In this document: piece by piece, positions 17,475 through 25,379 of the stretch
How the letters are laid out: each line of letters begins with the position of its first letter
How positions within the stretch are numbered: position 1 is the first letter of the stretch
Source: Candidatus Fervidifonticultor quintus
GTDB taxonomy: Bacteria; Sysuimicrobiota; Sysuimicrobiia; Sysuimicrobiales; Humicultoraceae
Direction: 5' to 3'
DNA: 37,478 bases
Assembly (NCBI GenBank): GCA_031459535.1
Contig: JAVKIJ010000021.1
Span: forward strand, 1 to 37,478
Translations under genes and position numbers: made by a program
Notes under the pieces: model-generated
The model's database searches: none
The model's input: only the letters and a program-made list of their open reading frames with translations
Told to the model about the DNA's origin: nothing

Positions 17475-17483
17475 GCCGCTTCT

Positions 17484-17512
17484 ACGGTACGCCTTTCATC
17501 CAGACCCGTCAA
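17484..17512 (-). promoter_or_regulatory. Sigma70 promoter of mntH-usp
   Basis: On the minus strand: TTGACG, 17-nt spacer, TACCGT. Confidence 0.7.
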
Positions 17513-17646
17513 GGTCGGGCCAGGCGTGTTCGGGGTAGCTGACCGATTTTCAACCAATTCGGGACCGTCCTTGTATGGCGCGGCCGGCCCTGATCTCCCA
17601 GACTGGAGGCAGACGTTCGACACGGCCACAGCGAGGGGGTGTCCGG

Positions 17647-18510
17647 ATGAAGGGCAGGTTGCTCCACCGCATGGCGCTGGCGCTGATCCCGGTCGGGCTG
17701 CTGACCAGCGTGTCCCTGGCGTTCTCGGTGATGAGGCGCCCACCGGCCGCGACCACCGAGGTTCCACCCGACGAGGTGATGCAGCCCGCCGAGATCCTGC
17801 CGCCGCAGCCCGTGAGCACGAGCCCGGCGCCTCCCAAGACGCTGGTCGTGCAGCAGAGCCCCTCGACGACGCCACCTCCGGCGACTGAGACCGCGCCGGC
17901 CGAGCAGGTCCAGCTTCCGGCTGAGCTGGTCGAAGAGCCACTCCCCGAACTCGTCGTGGACAAGACGCCGCTCCATGCGGCCATGGGTGAACTGGAACGG
18001 GCGGCCGAGCAGGCGAAGCTCGCCGTGACCGCGCTCGACCCCGACAGCCAGCGGCGCCACATTCAGGAAGCCGTCAACATCCTCGCGGGCTTCGCCGATC
18101 CGGCCTTCCGGGCGACGAGCCCGTCCGCCAGCGCCGACACGTACAAGGGTGTCCGGCCGCTGCTGATCGAGGCACGGGTGAAGCGCGAGGCAGCCGAGGT
18201 GCAGTGGATCGCGGCCGTCCAGCAGCAGATGGAGGCGCGCGCGAAGAAGCTGGCCGAGATCGCCCAGGCCGGCGGCAGCGTGCCGCTCCCGCAGGCCACT
18301 ACCGACCTCTCGTCGGCGGTGGGCCCCAGCGGCGTGCTGGGGACCCGCGGCGTCCGGGTGGAGGAGCAGGCGGTGGAGGTCATCGGCCGCGCCATCCGGC
18401 AGTCCACCGAAGCCATGGCTGCCCCCGACCAGGCCACGTCCATCATGGAGGCGGTGGTCCGGCAGCTGGAGGTAGCCCGGAAGATCGTCCAGATCGCGAT
18501 CGACCGCTAG
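17647..18510 (+). CDS. Hypothetical membrane-anchored or exported protein (Pro/Thr-rich linker plus helical domain)
   Basis: GAGGGGG SD before ATG 17647, basic then hydrophobic N-terminus, host-like codon usage, terminator downstream. Family not recognised. Confidence 0.75.
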   Translation: MKGRLLHRMALALIPVGLLTSVSLAFSVMRRPPAATTEVPPDEVMQPAEILPPQPVSTSPAPPKTLVVQQSPSTTPPPATETAPAEQVQLPAELVEEPLPELVVDKTPLHAAMGELERAAEQAKLAVTALDPDSQRRHIQEAVNILAGFADPAFRATSPSASADTYKGVRPLLIEARVKREAAEVQWIAAVQQQMEARAKKLAEIAQAGGSVPLPQATTDLSSAVGPSGVLGTRGVRVEEQAVEVIGRAIRQSTEAMAAPDQATSIMEAVVRQLEVARKIVQIAIDR

Positions 18511-18563
18511 GGCTCCGCGCGGCTCTCCGGCTCCGGTCACACCAGTGATCGGCCGCGCGGTCC

Positions 18564-18603
18564 GCAGGAGGCGCGTCCCGACAACGCGCCTCCTGCTCCT
18601 TTT
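18564..18603 (+). terminator. Intrinsic terminator
   Basis: GCAGGAGGCGCGT-cccgaca-ACGCGCCTCCTGC (13-bp stem) followed by TCCTTTT. Confidence 0.7.
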
Positions 18604-18638
18604 GGCTGGGGATCTGGGCAGCGTACTATACTGGGAAC

Positions 18639-20078
18639 GTGGTCCGGTTCAGCCTCAGGCGGAAGTTCGTCCTGGCCTTCCTGGGTCTGGCGGTGCTGTT
18701 CGCCGTCATGTTCGGGGCTCTGGCCGCCTATCGCCTGCGGCAGGCACTGCTGGAGCAGGTGAGAATCCGCGCCAAAGTGGTCGCCGAGGAGTTCGCCCGC
18801 GAGGCCGGCCGGTTCATTGTCACCCCCGAAGGTCAGACCGAGGAGACGACCAGCAGTCGGATCACGCGCCGGCTGGTGGCCGGCACCGTGCTCTACGCCC
18901 AGATCGTGCGCGACGGCCGGGTACGGTTCGCCGACGGGCGGACGTGGTTGGTGGAGCCCGCGCCGCCGCTGGATCGGCCATTCGTGGTGTTCGAGCGCAC
19001 AACGCCGTCTCGGACCCCCTATCTAGATATCTTTCGGGCCATCCCGGAGTTCACGCTCGACCAGCAGACCTATGTGCGCATCGGGTTCTCGCTGGCCGAC
19101 GCCTACGCCCGGATCGACGAGGAAACCACCCGCATCGCAGCGGGCAGCCTGCTGCTGGTCGTCGCGGGGGCATTCGCGGCCCTGTTGCTGCAGCGGGCCA
19201 TCGTCGGGCCCCTGGACCGCATGATCGCCACGATCCGCACGCTGCAGCGCGGCGACTATTCGGCCCGGGTCACGGCCCGAACGAACGACGAGCTGCGAGT
19301 GCTGGCCGACGAGTTCAACACCATGGCCCAGGCGATTCAGACCCGGGACGTGGAGCTGGCGCGGATCAACGAGGCGCTGCGGAAGGCCAACCGAGTCAAG
19401 GACGAGTTCTCCGCGGCCATGAGCCACGAGCTCAAGACCCCGTTGCACGCCATCCGCGCCTATGCCCAGTTGCTGCTCGAAGGGATCGACGGGCCGCTCA
19501 CCGAGGCCCAGCGGCAGGACGTCGAGGCCATCCTGGCCGCCGGTGATCATCTCCTCCACCTCATTGAAGGCATCCTGCGCTATTCGGCGCTGGAGGCCGG
19601 CGTGACCGCGCCGCAGATTACCACAGTGGATGCGGCCGCGGTGGTGGAGCAGGCCCGCCAGAACGTCGCCCACCTGGCCAGGTCGAAGGGGCTCCCGATT
19701 CACACCCGCGCATCCGACGGGCTCGTGGTCCGGGCCGATGAAACCATGCTGCGCCAGATCCTCATCAACCTGTTGCACAACGCCATCAAGTACACCAGCC
19801 AGGGACAGATCACCCTGACCACATCGGCGCAGGACGGCCAGGTGGTCTTCGCGGTCACCGACACCGGCTCGGGGATCGCGCCGGGCCACGAGCACGAGGT
19901 CTTCGAACCGTTCCGACGGGCCGGACATGCGGGCCGACGGGAGATCGACGGCATCGGCCTGGGGCTGGCGGTCGCGAGGCGGTACGTCGAGCAGCAGGAC
20001 GGCCGCATCTGGTTCGAGCGGGCCGCCGGCGGCGGGACGACCTTTTACGTGACCCTGCCGGCCGGCGATCGGCCATGA
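18639..20078 (+). CDS. Membrane sensor histidine kinase with HAMP domain
   Basis: Two TM segments, HAMP, H-box SHELKTPL, N-box NLLHNAIKY, DTGSGI, GIGLGL. Confidence 0.95.
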   Translation: MVRFSLRRKFVLAFLGLAVLFAVMFGALAAYRLRQALLEQVRIRAKVVAEEFAREAGRFIVTPEGQTEETTSSRITRRLVAGTVLYAQIVRDGRVRFADGRTWLVEPAPPLDRPFVVFERTTPSRTPYLDIFRAIPEFTLDQQTYVRIGFSLADAYARIDEETTRIAAGSLLLVVAGAFAALLLQRAIVGPLDRMIATIRTLQRGDYSARVTARTNDELRVLADEFNTMAQAIQTRDVELARINEALRKANRVKDEFSAAMSHELKTPLHAIRAYAQLLLEGIDGPLTEAQRQDVEAILAAGDHLLHLIEGILRYSALEAGVTAPQITTVDAAAVVEQARQNVAHLARSKGLPIHTRASDGLVVRADETMLRQILINLLHNAIKYTSQGQITLTTSAQDGQVVFAVTDTGSGIAPGHEHEVFEPFRRAGHAGRREIDGIGLGLAVARRYVEQQDGRIWFERAAGGGTTFYVTLPAGDRP

Positions 20079-20761
20079 AGATCCTGGTCGTGGAGGACGA
20101 CGCGCGGTCCCGCGACCTGCTGATCAAGTATCTGGGCGCCAGGGGCCACCAGGTGACAGGTACCGGTGACGGCCGAGACGCCCTGGCCGCCGCCCGCGCC
20201 ACGGAGCCCGATCTGGTCCTGCTGGATGTCAACCTGCCGGGTCTCGATGGGTGGGACGTGCTCCGGGCGCTGCGCGGTTTCAGCCGCGTGCCGGTCATCA
20301 TGGTGACGGTGCGCGACGCGCCCCAGGACAAAGTCACCGGGCTGGAGGGCGGCGCCGACGACTACGTCACGAAACCCTTCGATCTGCGCGAGCTGGACGC
20401 GCGTATCGCGGCGGTCATGCGCCGCTACCAGGCCTCTCAGGCCCCGGCTCTTGGCGCCGGCGAGGTGACGATCGACGACGAGCGCAAGTACGTCGAGGTC
20501 CGGGGCCGGCCGGTGCAGCTCTCGCCCAAGGAGTTCGAGCTCCTCCGCCTGCTGGCGTCCAGACCGGGCAAGGTCTTCTCCACGGAGGAGATCCTGGCGG
20601 CGGTGTGGCCCGACCGATCCGCAGCGGCCGCCGAGGACGTCAAAAAGTACGTGCACATGCTGCGCAACAAGATCGAGGCCGACCCTTCCGCCCCGCGGCT
20701 CATTGTCACGGTCCGGGGCTTCGGCTACCGCTTCGCGCCCACAGTGGAGGCGGAACGCTAG
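20075..20761 (+). CDS. OmpR/PhoB-family response regulator
   Basis: Motifs ILVVEDD, LLDVNLPG, GADDYVTKPF and winged-helix TVRGFGYRF. ATGA overlap with the kinase. Confidence 0.95.
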   Translation: MKILVVEDDARSRDLLIKYLGARGHQVTGTGDGRDALAAARATEPDLVLLDVNLPGLDGWDVLRALRGFSRVPVIMVTVRDAPQDKVTGLEGGADDYVTKPFDLRELDARIAAVMRRYQASQAPALGAGEVTIDDERKYVEVRGRPVQLSPKEFELLRLLASRPGKVFSTEEILAAVWPDRSAAAAEDVKKYVHMLRNKIEADPSAPRLIVTVRGFGYRFAPTVEAER

Positions 20762-20801
20762 AGTCGGGTATACTGAGGGAGGCGCGCTTCAGGACGACCG
20801 C

Positions 20802-20895
20802 GGAGGGGTGCGAGAGTGGCCGATTCGGCACGCCTGGAGAGCGTGTAGGCGGGCTAAACCCTGCCTCGTGGGTTCAAATCCCACCCCCTCCGCCA
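20802..20895 (+). tRNA. tRNA-Ser(GGA)
   Basis: Acceptor GGAGGGG/CCCCTCC, anticodon arm CACGC-CTGGAGA-GCGTG, long variable arm, T loop TTCAAAT, GCCA end. A -10 TATACT lies at 20769-20774. Confidence 0.97.
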
Positions 20896-20908
20896 GAGAT
20901 GAGACGGC

Positions 20909-21472
20909 GTGGGCAGACTGCGAGACAGCTTGAGCCGGGTACCGGTTGACTGGCGGCGCCTGGGCCGCGGTATCTTCGACTTCGCCAAGACCCTGGTCGT
21001 GGCGTTCGTCCTCGCGCAGCTCGTCATGGTGTCCGTGGCGCAGGCGTTCCAGGTGGAACAGTACTCCATGGAGCCCACCCTGCTGCCCCACGACCGGGTG
21101 CTGGTCAACAAGCTCATCTACCGCATCCGGCCGCCGGACCGCGGCGATATCATCGTCCTGCGGTACCCGCGCGATCCCGGCCGCAACTATATCAAGCGCA
21201 TTGTCGGCCTACCCGGCGACACGGTGGAGATCCGCGGCGGGCATCTGCTCATCAACGGCGTACCCATCGAGGAGATGTACGTGAACGGCACGCCGTCGGG
21301 AGACTACGGACCCGAGAGCGTACCGGCTGACTCGTTCTTCGTTCTGGGGGACAACCGGAACAACAGCGAAGACAGCCGGGCCTTTGGCTTCCTGCAGAGG
21401 GACCTCGTGGTGGGCCAGGCGATGTTGATCTACTGGCCGCCCAGCCGGATCCGCCTGCTGCGGTCGCCGTAG
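20909..21472 (+). CDS. lepB: Signal peptidase I
   Basis: One TM segment, catalytic Ser (SMEPTL) and Lys (YIKRIVG), LGDNRNNS.DSR. Start codon uncertain. Confidence 0.93.
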   Translation: MGRLRDSLSRVPVDWRRLGRGIFDFAKTLVVAFVLAQLVMVSVAQAFQVEQYSMEPTLLPHDRVLVNKLIYRIRPPDRGDIIVLRYPRDPGRNYIKRIVGLPGDTVEIRGGHLLINGVPIEEMYVNGTPSGDYGPESVPADSFFVLGDNRNNSEDSRAFGFLQRDLVVGQAMLIYWPPSRIRLLRSP

Positions 21473-21497
21473 CGCCCTCGACGGGCCGGGCGCTGCG
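21468..21497. terminator. Hairpin between convergent lepB and acyl-CoA ligase
   Basis: CGTAGCGCCC-N10-GGGCGCTGCG, without a U tract. Confidence 0.4.
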
Positions 21498-21507
21498 GGA
21501 GTGGCGC

Positions 21508-23232
21508 CTACTCCTCCTCCCAGGTCTCGCTTCGCTGCTCCTCTCGCTCACGGATCTGCCAACGGATGGCCTTCCCGATGAACGTCTTGGGGATCTCGCT
21601 CACGATCTCGATGCGCCTGGGCACCTTGTAGGCCGAGAGCCGCTGGGCGCAGAAGTCGCGCAATTCCCGCCGCAGCATCCTGGGGTCGCCGGCATCCTTG
21701 GGCACGACGTGAGCCACGAGCATTTCACCGCGCATGCGATGGTGCACGCCCGCGACAGCGGCCTCCTTCACCTTCGGGTGCTCGTACAGCACTTCCTCGA
21801 CTTCGCGAGGAAAGACCTTGAAGCCGCCGATATTCACCATGTCCTTCTTGCGGTCCTCGACGTAGAAGAAGCCGTCCTCGTCCATCCGGCCGATGTCGCC
21901 GGTATAGAGCCAGCCGTTACGGATGGCCCGGTCGGTCTCCACCGGATTGTTCCAGTAGCCCATCATGACCTGCGGCCCCCGCACCACGATCTCGCCCACC
22001 TCACCGGGCCGCAGCTCGCGGGTGCCCCCCTCGAGATCAACAATCTTCGCGTCCGTCGAGGGCACCGGGATGCCGATAGATCCGGTCTTGCGCGTGCCGT
22101 AGATGGGGTTGGCGTGGGTGAGGGGCGAGGCCTCGGACATGCCATAGCCTTCCACGAGCCGGCCGCCGGTGAGCTCCTCGAACCGGCGCTGCACCTCCAG
22201 CGGCAGTGGCGCCGAACCCGACACGCACGCCTTGATGGACTTCAAGTCGTACTTCTCCACGTCCCGCAACTGGTTGATGGCCATGTACATCGCGGGCGCA
22301 CCCGGGAAGATCGTCGGCCGGTATTTGGGCACGGCCGCCGCCACGGTCTTGGCCTCGAACAGCCGCATGAGCAGCATGATGTTGGCCGCCGCCACCGCGG
22401 CCGCCAGCACCATGCAGATGGTCATGCCGTAGACGTGAAAGAAGGGGACCACGGACAGGATGCGCTCTTCGCCCTCCTTCAGGTCGGTCAGCCATGCTGC
22501 GGCCTGCAGCGTATTGCACACCACGTTGCGGTGGGTGAGCGTCGCGGCCTTGGGGACGCCGGTGGTACCGCCGGTGTACTGCAGGACCGCGGGGTCGCTC
22601 TGGCTGATGGGGGGCCGCTCCTCCAACCTGGGGGCCGCCAGCATCGAACGAAACGGGATCACGCCGGGGCCGGGCGGTAAGACATCCCCTTCCTTGCGCG
22701 CCCGCGCCAGGCCGTAGAGCAGGCGCCACTGGAGCGGGAAGAAGTCGTGGATGTTCGTGACGATCACCGCCTGCAGGTCGGTATGGGGCCGCACCTCGTC
22801 CAGATGTCGGAACAGGCGGGAGATCACCACCGCGAAGCGCGCGCCCGAGTCTTTCAGGTTGAACGCCAGATCCCGACCCCGGTACAACGGATTGGTCTGC
22901 ACCAGCACGCCGCCAGCCTTCCAGATCCCAAACGCGGCGATGACGAACTGCGGGCAGTTGGGGAGGATCACCGCGACCCGTTCCCCCGGCCGCAGGCCGC
23001 GGCGGAGCAGGGAGGTGGCGAACCGATCGGTCAGATCGTCGAGTTGTGCGTACGACAGACGGCGGTCGAAGTTGGGGCCGACCTGGATGACGGCCAGGTG
23101 GCGGGGAAATTTGCGCGCGCTCCGGTCCAGGAATCCGTAGATCGGGTGCGAGGGAAACTCCAGCGTGCGCGGAACGTTCGGCTCGTAGAATCGGTGCCAG
23201 GGCCGCTCATAATGCGGGTGGGTGGTCGCCAC
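21508..23232 (-). CDS. Long-chain fatty-acid--CoA ligase (FadD/LcfA-like)
   Basis: Motifs QYTGGTTGVPK, EGYGMSE, TGD, DRKKDM, C-terminal GK. GGAGGAGG SD before GTG 23232. Confidence 0.93.
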   Translation of the reverse strand: MATTHPHYERPWHRFYEPNVPRTLEFPSHPIYGFLDRSARKFPRHLAVIQVGPNFDRRLSYAQLDDLTDRFATSLLRRGLRPGERVAVILPNCPQFVIAAFGIWKAGGVLVQTNPLYRGRDLAFNLKDSGARFAVVISRLFRHLDEVRPHTDLQAVIVTNIHDFFPLQWRLLYGLARARKEGDVLPPGPGVIPFRSMLAAPRLEERPPISQSDPAVLQYTGGTTGVPKAATLTHRNVVCNTLQAAAWLTDLKEGEERILSVVPFFHVYGMTICMVLAAAVAAANIMLLMRLFEAKTVAAAVPKYRPTIFPGAPAMYMAINQLRDVEKYDLKSIKACVSGSAPLPLEVQRRFEELTGGRLVEGYGMSEASPLTHANPIYGTRKTGSIGIPVPSTDAKIVDLEGGTRELRPGEVGEIVVRGPQVMMGYWNNPVETDRAIRNGWLYTGDIGRMDEDGFFYVEDRKKDMVNIGGFKVFPREVEEVLYEHPKVKEAAVAGVHHRMRGEMLVAHVVPKDAGDPRMLRRELRDFCAQRLSAYKVPRRIEIVSEIPKTFIGKAIRWQIREREEQRSETWEEE

Positions 23233-23351
23233 AGCCTCCTCCTGGCGAATGGACCTCGGGCCATTGGCCTTCTGCAACGCGAGGGGCGAATCCTCTGCTT
23301 CCGCGCCGGCCGCCACCGGCTCCGCTCTCGACGGCAGGCTGAGGCAGGCCG

Positions 23352-23360
23352 TGCTATGAT
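23352..23360 (+). promoter_or_regulatory. Extended -10 promoter element of SRP RNA
   Basis: TGcTATGAT ending about 6 nt before the RNA 5' end. Confidence 0.7.
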
Positions 23361-23365
23361 GCTCT

Positions 23366-23637
23366 TGGCCGTGCTAGGCGGGGAGCTAGCGGTTCCCTGT
23401 ACCCGCAATCCGCTACAGCGGGGCTGAACCCCCGTCCAGAGGCGGCATCTCTTGGGGCCAGGCCCTCGTGCGCAGCGAGGAAGGCCGGGTCCTGTGCAAC
23501 GGGAACTGACCAACCCCGCCAGGCCCGGGAGGGAGCAACGGTACGTCAGCCATCCCGTGTGCCGCAGGGACACCTGGCCGGAGCCGGCGGCGGGGATACC
23601 GCCCGGGGGGTGACCGTCGACGGCGGGTGCACGGCCA
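23366..23637 (+). ncRNA. ffs: Large bacterial SRP RNA (Bacillus scRNA type, with Alu domain)
   Basis: 5' GGCCGTGC pairs with 3' GCACGGCC. Alu-like GCGGGGAG.TAGCGGT.CCCTGTACC.GCAATCCGCT, helix 8 CAGG-CCC-GGGA-GGG-AGCA, and TGTGCCGCAGGG, as in B. subtilis scRNA. Confidence 0.95.
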
Positions 23638-23717
23638 TTCCCTTCGCTGTTGCGACCCGGTCTGCGACGCCTGCCCATGGGGCATAACGGTTGTGGATAC
23701 AAGGGAAGGCGAGATCG

Positions 23718-24551
23718 GTGCGCGAGACTCTCACCCTGCCCGAGGGCTATCGCATCCAGGAAGCCGGTGAGGACGTCCGGCTCTACGGCCCGCGGGGCGT
23801 GCTGCTGCAAGAGGTGCGCCGCGGCCAGGCCGCCGCAGACACTCTGGCCGCTCGGGCGTGGCAGGAAGCCTGGCGCGACGTCGAGCGCGAACTCACGGAC
23901 GAGGTCCGGGCCTTCCGCCAGGGTCACCGCCCCCTGCGCACGCTGAAGCGACTGCGGCAGTACTTCCGCATGCTGGACGCGCTCGAGCGGCCGCCGGTCG
24001 ACCTCCACGCAGAGGTACACCGCAACCGCATGGCCGCCGGTCTGGCCATGGTTGCCTCGGCGGTACTGATGGCTGTCACGCTGCTGGCGACGCAGCCGTG
24101 GCGTGCTGCGGGCCCCGGGCAGCCCCCGCAGGACGGACGGCCCACGCCCGCCGGCCCCGGCATTGCGAGACGACCTGCGAACCGGATTCCGGCTCCGGCC
24201 GCAGACAAGCGGGCCCACCGCAGGGCCCCGGACCAGGCCAGAGGGGCGGCTCCCCGGGACCGGGTGGGCGGGGCCGTGCATCCGAAACGGACTGCGCGCG
24301 CCCCCGCGGCGCGCAGTCCGATGAGGCGGTACGTGGTGAGCTTCGGCGAGTTCGCCAGCCAGGCGGCGGCAGAGGTCAGCATGCGCCTGATCCGCAGCAA
24401 GGGGTACGTGGTGCACGTCATGCGCATCGGGGGCTCCTACCACGTCATCACGGGGCCGCGCGAGCGGACCGATGCTGAGCGCCTGGCCGGCGCGCTGCAG
24501 GAGATCGGGCTCCCCGCCCGGGCACAGCCGATCAGCACCGTACAGATGTAG
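23718..24551 (+). CDS. SPOR-domain membrane protein
   Basis: N-terminal soluble domain, one TM (MAAGLAMVASAVLMAVTLLA), Pro/Arg-rich linker, C-terminal YVVSFGEF.S...A...GY......YHV..GP..R..A SPOR pattern. Start uncertain (23691 or 23718). Confidence 0.8.
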   Translation: MRETLTLPEGYRIQEAGEDVRLYGPRGVLLQEVRRGQAAADTLAARAWQEAWRDVERELTDEVRAFRQGHRPLRTLKRLRQYFRMLDALERPPVDLHAEVHRNRMAAGLAMVASAVLMAVTLLATQPWRAAGPGQPPQDGRPTPAGPGIARRPANRIPAPAADKRAHRRAPDQARGAAPRDRVGGAVHPKRTARAPAARSPMRRYVVSFGEFASQAAAEVSMRLIRSKGYVVHVMRIGGSYHVITGPRERTDAERLAGALQEIGLPARAQPISTVQM

Positions 24552-24661
24552 GGCGACGCCCGGACACGCCCGGACGAACCGGCCCGCCCGTGCGGCTGCC
24601 GTCCCCTCCGAGACTTGACAGGGGGACGGGCTGCATGGCACCCTTTGAGTGACCCCCCGAC

Positions 24662-24700
24662 TGAGTGATCAATCACTCATAACGAGTGATCGATCACTCG
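24662..24700. promoter_or_regulatory. Tandem TetR-type operators
   Basis: TGAGTGATCAATCACTCA (24662-24679) and the perfect palindrome CGAGTGATCGATCACTCG (24683-24700), downstream of TTGACA (24615-24620) and just upstream of tetR. Confidence 0.85.
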
Positions 24701-24712
24701 GGGACTTAGGTC

Positions 24713-25369
24713 ATGCCGCACCTCACCACAGACGCCCGGGAAGCCCTCACCGGCGCCCGGCGCCGGCAGATCCTTGAGGCCGCTACCCGGGTCTTTGCCG
24801 ACAAAGGGTACGCCGCGGCCACAGTGCGCGACATCGCGCGGGCGGCGCGCATCGCCGAGGGCACCATCTACAACTACTTCAAGAGCAAAGAAGATCTCTT
24901 GATTCACATTCCGGGACAGATCGCGGGACCGGCCTTCGAGAGGCTCGCCCTGGACCTGGCCGAGGCACGAACGCCGCAGGACGCGGAACGCCACCTGATG
25001 GCGCTGGGCCAGGACATCGTGCAGCGGATCAGCGCCAACGTCCGGTTCGTCAAAGTCTTCCTCTCGGCGCTGCCCCACCTGAGCCCGCGCGCGCGGCGTG
25101 AGTATCTGCGCCTGCTGCCCCTGGCGGCCTCCACGGCCCTGGAGGCGCACCTGCGGCAGGGCATGGCCGTGGGCATCTACCGAGAGGATCTCGACCCGTC
25201 GGTCGTCGCGCGCACCCTGCCCGGCATGCTGCTCATGTTCGTGGTGATTCAGGAGATCATCCTGGGCGAGCGGGCCCCGTCTGCGGGGTACGAGGCCGTG
25301 GTGCGAGAAAACGTGCGGGTCTTCTTGGACGGAATCCGCGTCCACGGGGCGCCCTATCCAGAGAGGTGA
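24713..25369 (+). CDS. TetR/AcrR-family regulator
   Basis: HTH sequence RRQILEAA..VFA.KGY...TVRDIA..A.IAEGTIYNYFKSKEDL. Confidence 0.95.
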   Translation: MPHLTTDAREALTGARRRQILEAATRVFADKGYAAATVRDIARAARIAEGTIYNYFKSKEDLLIHIPGQIAGPAFERLALDLAEARTPQDAERHLMALGQDIVQRISANVRFVKVFLSALPHLSPRARREYLRLLPLAASTALEAHLRQGMAVGIYREDLDPSVVARTLPGMLLMFVVIQEIILGERAPSAGYEAVVRENVRVFLDGIRVHGAPYPER

Positions 25370-25379
25370 GCGATTCATC

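Noticed and set aside
15212..20801. Integrative element or prophage at tRNA-Ser
   Set aside because: No integrase or phage genes. Both repeat copies are parts of complete tRNAs rather than an att fragment. Kept only as a weak finding.
6761..23637. Functional clustering of sppA, lepB and ffs as a protein-targeting locus
   Set aside because: They are kilobases apart in separate transcription units, so co-location is probably incidental.
24556..24575. Tandem 10-mer ACGCCCGGAC twice after the SPOR gene
   Set aside because: Short GC-rich slippage-type duplication with no sign of function.
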